NCBI GenBank assembly: GCA_963826715.1
Contig: CAWGYA010000007.1
Span: 160,001-224,000 of the forward strand
Length of the DNA stretch: 64,000 nt
Source: Candidatus Bathyarchaeota archaeon
GTDB lineage: Archaea; Thermoproteota; Bathyarchaeia; Bathyarchaeales; Bathycorpusculaceae
Reading direction: 5' to 3'
Shown: piece by piece, positions 56,644-64,000 of the stretch
How positions within the stretch are numbered: the first letter of the stretch is position 1
How the letters are laid out: each line of letters begins with the position of its first letter
The notes under the pieces: model-generated
Databases searched by the model: none
Told to the model about the DNA's origin: nothing
What the model saw: only the letters and a program-made list of their open reading frames with translations
Position numbers and translations under genes: made by a program

Positions 56644-58061
56644 AAGAAACCCCTAAACACCAAAACCGATTAAAAGCAGTTGAAGTCCAAAAACAGGAAC
56701 CATCCGCCCGAAGCAAAAACTTTGATGAAGTCGTTTTGGGCTACAATGAAGAGCAAGCTCAAGCTGAAGCTTCTCGGTGTCTAAACTGCCCTAAACCCTT
56801 CTGTGTGGAGGGATGCCCTGTCAGCGTGGAAATCCCCAAATTCATTGCGCTAATCAAACAGAAAGACTATGACGCAGCAATCAAACAAGTCAAAGAAAAA
56901 AATAGTTTACCGGCCATCTGCGGTAGAGTTTGTCCGCAAGAAGAGCAATGCCAAAAAAGATGTATTCTTGGCAAGAAAGGCGAACCTGTTTCCATAGGAC
57001 GCCTTGAACGCTTCGTTGCCGATCTTGAACAGAAGAAAGGCATATCTGCCCAAGCTGTTCCAGCGTTAAACGGCAAAAAAATCGCAGTTGTCGGCGCAGG
57101 ACCCGCTGGCTTAACAGTTGCCGCAGACCTTGCCAAACTCGGTTACAAAGTCACAATATATGAAGCGCTCCACACTGGAGGAGGCGTCTTAGTTTATGGT
57201 ATCCCAGAATTCAGATTACCCAAACGGATTGTGCAAGCCGAAATCGATTACATCCAAAAACTCGGGGTTGAATTACAGCCTGACTATCTAATCGGTAGAA
57301 TATTTACCGTCGAAGAACTTTTTAAGAAAGGCTTCAGTGCCGTCTTTATTGCCACGGGTGCAGGACTGCCTAAATTCCTCAATGTTCCAGGAGAAAACCT
57401 AAACGGAATCTATAGTGCCAACGAATTTCTCATCCGTGTTAACTTGATGAAATCGTATGACTTCCCAAAAAACAAAACGCCTATTCGCGTCGGCAAGCAA
57501 GTGGCGGTTATAGGGGGCGGCAACGTAGCTTTAGACTCAGCGAGATGTGCGCTGCGTTTAGGTGCTGACAAAGTAACAATAATCTATCGCCGTACAAGAA
57601 ATGAAATGCCTGCACGCCAAGAAGAAATCGAGAACGCTGAAGAAGAAGGAATAGTTTTCAAGTACTTAACTGCCCCGCTTAAATTCATGGGAGATGAGCT
57701 AGGGAATGTTAAGATCATGGATACAATTTCAATGAGACTTTGCGACTCAGATGACACTGGAAGACACCAAGTTGCTCCAATCGAAGGCTCACAAGAGGTT
57801 ATGGATGTTGATACAGTAATAGTTGCTATCGGGCGCACCCCAAACCCCATCATACAGGGGACAACACCGGGTTTGAAGACCCAACGCGGTGGCATTATAG
57901 CTAGCGACGAGAACTTCAAAACCAGCATCGATGGCGTATATGTAGGTGGCGACATCGCAACAGGCGAAGCAACCGTTATCAGTGCTATGGGTACAGGTAA
58001 AACTGCGGCTAAGGCCATCCACGAATATCTCTCTAAGGAAAAACAAAAACCCAAAAAATAA
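56622..58061 (+). CDS. nfnB: Nfn large subunit (NfnB/SudA, GltD-like)
   Basis: RCLNC..PFCVEGCPV, CGRVCPQEEQC, GAGPAG, YGIPEFRLP, GGGNVALD. Confidence 0.9.
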   Translation: MPMSQPIKETPKHQNRLKAVEVQKQEPSARSKNFDEVVLGYNEEQAQAEASRCLNCPKPFCVEGCPVSVEIPKFIALIKQKDYDAAIKQVKEKNSLPAICGRVCPQEEQCQKRCILGKKGEPVSIGRLERFVADLEQKKGISAQAVPALNGKKIAVVGAGPAGLTVAADLAKLGYKVTIYEALHTGGGVLVYGIPEFRLPKRIVQAEIDYIQKLGVELQPDYLIGRIFTVEELFKKGFSAVFIATGAGLPKFLNVPGENLNGIYSANEFLIRVNLMKSYDFPKNKTPIRVGKQVAVIGGGNVALDSARCALRLGADKVTIIYRRTRNEMPARQEEIENAEEEGIVFKYLTAPLKFMGDELGNVKIMDTISMRLCDSDDTGRHQVAPIEGSQEVMDVDTVIVAIGRTPNPIIQGTTPGLKTQRGGIIASDENFKTSIDGVYVGGDIATGEATVISAMGTGKTAAKAIHEYLSKEKQKPKK

Positions 58062-58095
58062 ACTGCTAACTTTTTGTTAGCCTCAAAATTTTTCT

Positions 58096-59142
58096 TTATT
58101 GTTTTATTTTTAATTCATAATTTTCAGGTGAGGCTTCTTTAAAAGCTCGGTTTACTGCTGTTTCGGCTATATTGAAGGTGCAATGAGCAATTCGTTTGAT
58201 GTTGTCGCGAATCGAACATATTCCGCATACCAACTCTGCACTTTTTTGTGGTCCTGTAAAGGCGCGGGAAGTAATTTCAACATCAATTTTATCCATTTTC
58301 TGGCGGAACTTCATGATTCTTACTGCGTTGTTGACGTCTTTTGCGAAGAAGGCTTCAACCGCCTGTACGTAAAGATTTGTAACTTCTGTTCCTGCGCTGA
58401 CCATAAGAGCCAATACGTCATTGGGAATGGTTTGTTGGACACCGCTTAGCATGATTATGTGGCGAGTTATGTCCGAGGCGTAATCAGAGGCATGTTCCAT
58501 ATGGGTGACAAGCATCTGATGGTCCATACAGTCCAACGGGTCAACGTGTAACTCCTTGGCTAAATGTGGGTCTTGACCTGCATTACGCAAAATTCTGATA
58601 ATGAAGAAGGCAAATTGATCCACATCGTCATCAAGAGAAAAGGAGGATTTCGCAAGCGCTACATCATTGTTTTTAAGGGCGGTTAAAGCGCCTTCGCACA
58701 TTGACCTTGAAATTAGATGCATACGTTGAAGTGCCTGCTCGAGAGATGCTTTAGACTCATCCATGAGGCTTTGGATATAAACGCATTTTGCATCAGCCTC
58801 CATAACTCTAAGATAAAGGCGCCCAGCCATGTTGCGGATGGCTTTGGTTTGAGGTACAGTGAAAATATTGTCAGATGTAAGCATAATGCCTGTGTAACCG
58901 TTGAGGAAGGCGCCCAGAATCTTTTGGGTTATGTAAATTTCCTCTTCGTTTTGCCCCACAGCTAATGTAATTTCTTTTAGATCAGATTTCTTTGTCGCGC
59001 TGGGGTAGATAACCAAAGAGCGGTCTTTTTGAATGTTGACGATAACAGTTTGTCCTTTTTTGAGGTCGTTTAGCTGCATCCAATCTTTTGGAAGGGAAAC
59101 TACTAGCGAGGATTTCCCCAGGGACATGATTTTTCGTTCCAA
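58096..59142 (-). CDS. phoU: Phosphate uptake regulator (AbrB-PhoU)
   Basis: RKIMSLGKSSLVVSLPKDW AbrB domain plus two PhoU domains (DDDVD). Confidence 0.88.
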   Translation of the reverse strand: MERKIMSLGKSSLVVSLPKDWMQLNDLKKGQTVIVNIQKDRSLVIYPSATKKSDLKEITLAVGQNEEEIYITQKILGAFLNGYTGIMLTSDNIFTVPQTKAIRNMAGRLYLRVMEADAKCVYIQSLMDESKASLEQALQRMHLISRSMCEGALTALKNNDVALAKSSFSLDDDVDQFAFFIIRILRNAGQDPHLAKELHVDPLDCMDHQMLVTHMEHASDYASDITRHIIMLSGVQQTIPNDVLALMVSAGTEVTNLYVQAVEAFFAKDVNNAVRIMKFRQKMDKIDVEITSRAFTGPQKSAELVCGICSIRDNIKRIAHCTFNIAETAVNRAFKEASPENYELKIKQ

Positions 59143-59493
59143 TTCTAATTCACAACTCGGCAGATATTAACTGTTAATACTATGTCGCATTAAATATATA
59201 TTATGCGTTAGTTGATTAGAGAAAATCCAGTTGACAAATAACAAGCTTCGTTAACTTCCAGAATTAAAGAAAAAAAGTGTTACATTTTACTAATTGTTGA
59301 CCAAACTAAATTTAGAAAGAAAATTACTACACTTGAATAAAGGAAAGCAGCCTCATTTTTATCAGCATTGAAAACTAACTCTTATAACCCGATGATTTGC
59401 TGGTTTTAGAAAAATTCGCAATCCCACTTCATTTTATCGGGAATTGACGGGCAGATTCAATGGAACAGATTTAAGTGGTAGACCAAGTCTTGT

Positions 59494-60339
59494 TTGATTA
59501 TGTTCCAAATCAAAAAATTGCGCAAGATCGACTTTACTTTTGCAGTAGAGTTAGCAAATACTATGGATTGGAACATGGCCCCTGAAGATTTTGAATTCAT
59601 GAACATGCTGGAGCCAGAAGGTTCTTTTTTGCTTTATAACGGATCAGAGAAGATTGGTATAGCTACAGCTATCAGCTATGACAAATTAGGTTGGTTCGGT
59701 AACTTAATTGTTAAGAAAGAATACCGTGGAGGGGGCGGCGGTAGCGCCCTTGTAGATCACGCCGTTAATTTTCTGTGCGGCAGGGGTGTCAAAACTATTG
59801 GTCTTTATGCATATCCCCATCTCGTTGACTTCTACACCGGCTTAGGCTTTAAGCAAGATGAGGACTTCTCAGTTTTACAATCCACAATTGTTAGGACGGT
59901 TGCTGCTGAAAAGCTTCCTGAAATCGAAAAAAGTCAGCTCTCTAAAATAATCAAATTTGATAAGGATTGCTTCGGCGGCGATAGAACACGGCTGCTCAAA
60001 GCAATACTTCCTGAAGAAGACAACCTAAGTTTTCAAGTTACTGAAGACGACCAGATTGTTGGATATGTTGCGGTCACAGTTTATCCGACGTTGGCTTGGG
60101 TTGGACCTTTAATTTGTCAATCCCATAGAAGCGATGTTGCACGTTCGCTTGTAATGGCAGCATTATCTCGTCTAACCGGAAAAAATGTGTATTCTGTAAT
60201 TCCAAAAAATAATTCTGTTCTCTTTGACACATTTGTAAATGCAGGGTTTAGGGAGAATTTTTTTGTGAAACGTATGTTTTGGGGTCAACCTACAGGACAA
60301 AATTGTATATACATGGCTGAATCTTTAGAAAGAGGCTAA
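59494..60339 (+). CDS. GNAT acetyltransferase (YitH-like, two domains)
   Basis: GWFGNLIVKKEYRGGGGG, FYTGLGF, DCFGGDR, WVGPL. Confidence 0.85.
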   Translation: MIMFQIKKLRKIDFTFAVELANTMDWNMAPEDFEFMNMLEPEGSFLLYNGSEKIGIATAISYDKLGWFGNLIVKKEYRGGGGGSALVDHAVNFLCGRGVKTIGLYAYPHLVDFYTGLGFKQDEDFSVLQSTIVRTVAAEKLPEIEKSQLSKIIKFDKDCFGGDRTRLLKAILPEEDNLSFQVTEDDQIVGYVAVTVYPTLAWVGPLICQSHRSDVARSLVMAALSRLTGKNVYSVIPKNNSVLFDTFVNAGFRENFFVKRMFWGQPTGQNCIYMAESLERG

Positions 60340-60343
60340 GCTT

Positions 60344-61705
60344 ATGGAAGATTACTGCAGAATTATGCTAGAGGATTTTCTGAATAATTCTTTTATGACC
60401 GTTGAGGCTTTAGTGGAAAAAATATCTGTTGTTAAGGGGCAAAACATTGATCGAAAAGTAACTTTGTTTCGCTACGTCAAAGGAGAAAAAGTATCTATAC
60501 CATTTGAAGGCGACCACTTTTTTTTGCGGGGCTCAGTTGAATATACCAATCCCCAAATAACAATTGAGGAAATTCAAGGAATAGTTGCGACGAGGTTACT
60601 TGAAACCTGCAGCAATTATTTTTACGAGGCGGGATTGCATAAACCAGATAAGCGTGATGTTGACGCAATCTATGAGGCACTGCAGAAACCGACTAGCGGT
60701 TATATTGTTCCTTTTTTATTAAACACCGACGACGTAGAGGCTGATCGCTACTCGATTAATCCGCTTCGACATTCAATTGTTGAGAGCGGGCAGAGCGCCT
60801 TTCCTGTCGTTAACGTAAAAACTGGAATGTTAAAAATTGACTGTGAATACGTCAAAAAATATCTTGGAAAACTCATTTCTCAAGAAGACCTTGATCTAAT
60901 TGAGAGTGAACTCAAAGAAAGCAGCGGATCCTACATAGATCTGGTTGATTCGATTAAGTATCGTCAACTTCAAGAATTAACAGGGTTCTGTGGCATGAAT
61001 CTCTCTCTCTATACGCTACGGATGCCTCTTACAACTCTCCAGGCGGAAAGCGAGGATGGCTTGCTTCACCACATTATTAGCGAAAGTAACCGTGACTACA
61101 AATCAGTAGAAGAAGCATACACTTGCATGGGTCGCAGTATGAATAAACGCACAACACTGCTGACGGTGCCACATTCAAAGCAAGGATTCGGGTCCAAACG
61201 TGCTGCTCGAGGCAAACTCCATTTTGAAGATGGCAAATTACAAAACGTAACTGTCAAATACCAAACTACACCGCTTTATCCCAACGGAATCGACCCAAAA
61301 GATGTTTCTACAGCAGTCTGCGAAGACAACTTTGTGGTCGCAGGCGAAAAACTCTCCAATTACAACTATGCGGAGACACCATCATCTCCTCAGTTTTTCC
61401 TCTATATGATTGGATCCCCTGAGGATGCAGCAGTCTGGCATGGCGTGGGCGCTTTCGCTTCTTCACAACTTCTTCAAAGTTACTCATCTGCTCGCAACGC
61501 CTGCAAGGTCGGGACGTTAATTAGGGATTTAAGCCAGAAGTACCGTGTTAACATGGGTGTTCCATTACAATTTAATCTTGTACCCGACGGCATGTGGCGC
61601 CACCCTAAATACAACAACATAGACGCAAGTGTGGGTAGCGTTGAAAATCTTGCTGATCTAGTAAAAAGAGGCATGAGAGTTGAGTTTCTCTCTGATTTCA
61701 AGTAG
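60344..61705 (+). CDS. Hypothetical protein (453 aa)
   Basis: Long ORF in an operon; no motif recognised. Confidence 0.75.
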   Translation: MEDYCRIMLEDFLNNSFMTVEALVEKISVVKGQNIDRKVTLFRYVKGEKVSIPFEGDHFFLRGSVEYTNPQITIEEIQGIVATRLLETCSNYFYEAGLHKPDKRDVDAIYEALQKPTSGYIVPFLLNTDDVEADRYSINPLRHSIVESGQSAFPVVNVKTGMLKIDCEYVKKYLGKLISQEDLDLIESELKESSGSYIDLVDSIKYRQLQELTGFCGMNLSLYTLRMPLTTLQAESEDGLLHHIISESNRDYKSVEEAYTCMGRSMNKRTTLLTVPHSKQGFGSKRAARGKLHFEDGKLQNVTVKYQTTPLYPNGIDPKDVSTAVCEDNFVVAGEKLSNYNYAETPSSPQFFLYMIGSPEDAAVWHGVGAFASSQLLQSYSSARNACKVGTLIRDLSQKYRVNMGVPLQFNLVPDGMWRHPKYNNIDASVGSVENLADLVKRGMRVEFLSDFK

Positions 61706-61716
61706 GAGCCATCAAT

Positions 61717-62247
61717 TTGCCTGGGCTTGAATACATTTTCTTCCGGGTTCTTAGAGTATTCCGCCGTTTGCCAATTAACCCTCTGAGTATTGGTAACCAA
61801 AAAGGTTTTTTCCTCGACTATTTCAAGGGCTTTGATAAGGTTCCTGCAGTGAGGAGGGTATTTGGTGAAAAAACTACACATATTCTCACCCACTTAAAAG
61901 TCGAGTTTACATGGCTTAACGGCTACATGTTCGTCGATGGCTCCGACGGACATCTTGTTATAAGCAAAGGCTACTTTAACAGGGGGGATAAAACTGATAT
62001 TTACCTCGACTTGATCCACGAACTTTGTCATGTAAAGCAATTTATGGCTGGACATGAACTCTTTGATCCCAGTTATGACTATGTTGACCGCCCCACAGAG
62101 ATTGAAGCGTATAAGTATGCGGTCTGTGAGGCGCGGCGGCTAGGTTTTGACAAAGAGCGAATTATGTGTTACCTTAAAACTGAATGGATGAGCAACCACG
62201 ATCTCAAAAAACTAGCTAATAATATTGACTTAGAAAAGACAGGTTAA
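61717..62247 (+). CDS. HExxH zincin-like protein
   Basis: LIHELCHVKQ and PTEIEAY. Confidence 0.7.
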   Translation: MPGLEYIFFRVLRVFRRLPINPLSIGNQKGFFLDYFKGFDKVPAVRRVFGEKTTHILTHLKVEFTWLNGYMFVDGSDGHLVISKGYFNRGDKTDIYLDLIHELCHVKQFMAGHELFDPSYDYVDRPTEIEAYKYAVCEARRLGFDKERIMCYLKTEWMSNHDLKKLANNIDLEKTG

Positions 62248-62283
62248 AAAAGGAATAGGGGTTCTGTAATTTTGCTCTCAGTT

Positions 62284-63483
62284 TTACATCTCCAGGGCTT
62301 CTTTATAAACGCTTAACATTCTATTTGCACATAAATCCCAACTGAAATTCTCGCAAACAAACCTTCGACCCTCAGCACCCATTTTTTCCCTCAAAGACTT
62401 ATCCGAAAGAACCTTCAATAAATAAGCTGCCAATTCTTCACAATTGCCGCTTTTAACTAAAAACCCCGTTTTCCCGTCGCGAATAGTTTCACAAACTCCG
62501 CCGGTCCCAAAGCCAATTACAGGTATACCGCATGCCTGTGCTTCTAGCAAAACAATACCTTGACCTTCCTGAATCGAAGGTAAAACAAAAACGTCAGCGG
62601 ATTGGTACACACCCGCGAGTAATTTTTCTGTTAGGTTTCCTAGGAACACAAAGTTATCTACGAGACCTAATGCTTTTATTGAATCCTTAAGTTTAGCCTT
62701 AAGCGGTCCTTCACCAACAATTAGAAACTTTGTGTTGATTTGTTCTTTAACAACCTGTTTTGCTGCCTCAATAAGAAATGGCAAGCCTTTTCTTAGAATT
62801 AAGCTGCCTACAAACAGCACACAAGGCTCGGCGCCTAAGCCGAAGAGCTCTCTTGCAGTTTTTGCATCGCCAGGCTTGAATTTTTCTAGATCGACTCCGT
62901 TGGGGACAATCCGAACCTTCCCAGTGTCTATGCCATAGAAACTCTGAATCTTACTAAGGGAATATTTGCTTATAGTCACTATTAGTGATGCATCTTGGGC
63001 AGTTTGTTTTTCTAGTTTGGATAGATATGCCATAAAAGTGTTGGTCACTCGTGCCTTTAGCGATGGGTAACCGCTTAGTTTTGCTTGTTGATACTCGTCA
63101 GCTAGAACGCCATGGATGGTGTGAATGAAAGGTCTTTTGCTCCCGTTTTGCTGAAGTTTTTTGGGAAATCCATATCCGCTCACCGTGTGGGCTTCATAAA
63201 CGTCAGCTTGGATTTCACTGGCTTTTTTGGTTAGGCTACGGTTAAAAAACCAGTTGTCGAGGGGGAATACTTTATCGCTTGCATAGAGGGGAATTAATTT
63301 TATTTCTTCGATAGATATGGGTTCTTTAAAACCTGTTTTAGTGCCGCTGTAAATGGTGGTTTCTGTTTGAGTTTGTAGCCGCTTAGCAGTTTCTATGATA
63401 CGTCGCTCTACGCCTCCATAGTAAAGGTGAGGCGGCTGGGTATTGAAAACTGCTAACTGAAATTTTGTTAATATTTCCCGCAT
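62284..63483 (-). CDS. Glycosyltransferase family 4
   Basis: GGVER, VPNGVD, FVLPSIQEGQGIVLLEAQACG. Confidence 0.92.
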   Translation of the reverse strand: MREILTKFQLAVFNTQPPHLYYGGVERRIIETAKRLQTQTETTIYSGTKTGFKEPISIEEIKLIPLYASDKVFPLDNWFFNRSLTKKASEIQADVYEAHTVSGYGFPKKLQQNGSKRPFIHTIHGVLADEYQQAKLSGYPSLKARVTNTFMAYLSKLEKQTAQDASLIVTISKYSLSKIQSFYGIDTGKVRIVPNGVDLEKFKPGDAKTARELFGLGAEPCVLFVGSLILRKGLPFLIEAAKQVVKEQINTKFLIVGEGPLKAKLKDSIKALGLVDNFVFLGNLTEKLLAGVYQSADVFVLPSIQEGQGIVLLEAQACGIPVIGFGTGGVCETIRDGKTGFLVKSGNCEELAAYLLKVLSDKSLREKMGAEGRRFVCENFSWDLCANRMLSVYKEALEM

Positions 63484-63784
63484 TAAGTGTCTGCTTGTAT
63501 GTTATGAATTTAAAAATATAAACTCTGCACTCGGCTTAGAATAAAATTCGAATTTGGTTGAATTACTTCCTTAGTTGTACTTCTTTTGACTTTTAGTTTA
63601 TTTTTTAGTCGACAATAGAAGGAATTCAAAAATTATTATACTCAGTTTTAGAGAAAATTCATTTTTTTCAAAAATTTTCAAAGGAATCTTGAAAATAGTT
63701 TTTCTATTTTTCTCAACAATTGGTTTTTTTTTAACTCTGTTAATTATAATACTTCTTTTTTAAACAAAAGAAAAAATAGTGAGA

Positions 63785-64000
63785 TTATCTCACATAGTCG
63801 TCGAATGTCCAGAAGTGTTCTTCTTCTTGGACTATGATGTCTTCGAACATGCGCCTTGTAGTTGTGTCACCGAGCTCAAGGGCTTTAGCGATGATTTTTC
63901 GGTAAAGGGTAATTGTGTCACTTTCGAGTTTGTGGTCAAGCGCAAGAAAGTCCTGGGCAGTTTCACCTACAACTGGCAGAGTTTCTGGCTTTGTTACTGC
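63785..64000 (-). CDS. Ferritin/bacterioferritin-like protein, C-terminal part
   Basis: Hand translation: ...LDHKLESDTITLYRKII...GDTTTRRMFEDIIVQEEEHFWTFDDYVR*; ExxH motif. Confidence 0.8.
   Translation of the reverse strand, partial: AVTKPETLPVVGETAQDFLALDHKLESDTITLYRKIIAKALELGDTTTRRMFEDIIVQEEEHFWTFDDYVR

Noticed and set aside
59200-59310. GTTGAC/GTTAAC-like short repeats upstream of phoU
   Set aside because: Short, irregularly spaced and in AT-rich DNA; they cannot be distinguished from chance.
63490-63780. Very AT-rich intergenic tract with short inverted repeats (possible origin or MITE)
   Set aside because: No ORB-like repeats, adjacent cdc6 or target-site duplication were seen.
1-64000. 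CRISPR array or rRNA
   Set aside because: No regularly spaced direct repeats or rRNA-like sequence were seen by eye.

Overview
This is an archaeal chromosome segment. The archaeal-type LeuRS, BRE/TATA promoters and AbrB-PhoU regulator support that, and the gene content resembles Bathyarchaeia, which is an inference rather than a database result. The left half (1 to about 33160) is a head-tail (HK97-fold) provirus or provirus-like element integrated at the 3' end of tRNA-Pro(GGG) (33160-33238, minus strand), next to an intact Zn-ribbon tyrosine integrase. Its left boundary and any replication genes lie outside the window. The virion module is complete but unusual: a 180-aa tape measure, a -1 frameshifted tail chaperone, a stopper fused to an (alpha/alpha)-barrel domain, and a terminator with an inserted beta-rich domain. 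About a dozen cell-surface or membrane genes are interleaved with it. They share two families of palindromic promoter elements and are accompanied by orphan membrane-anchor remnants. The right half is host DNA: a SelD/double-cubane/TusA/DsrE/LysR selenium-related cluster, gpmI, leuS, a ModE-type ECF-S/SUOX-fold cluster with a perfect operator, nfnAB, phoU and others. The most striking candidate new system is at 46661-51342. It comprises a secreted S1 protease, an unannotated 18-aa peptide ending in Trp (MNTKRAIKKAKPITFGGW), a degenerate polyprenyl-synthase homologue lacking the IPP-binding motifs, an MFS transporter and a radical SAM/SPASM enzyme. This suggests a ComQ/ComX-like prenylated-peptide (RiPP or signalling) locus in an archaeon. 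All calls were made by eye from motifs and gene order; no searches were run.
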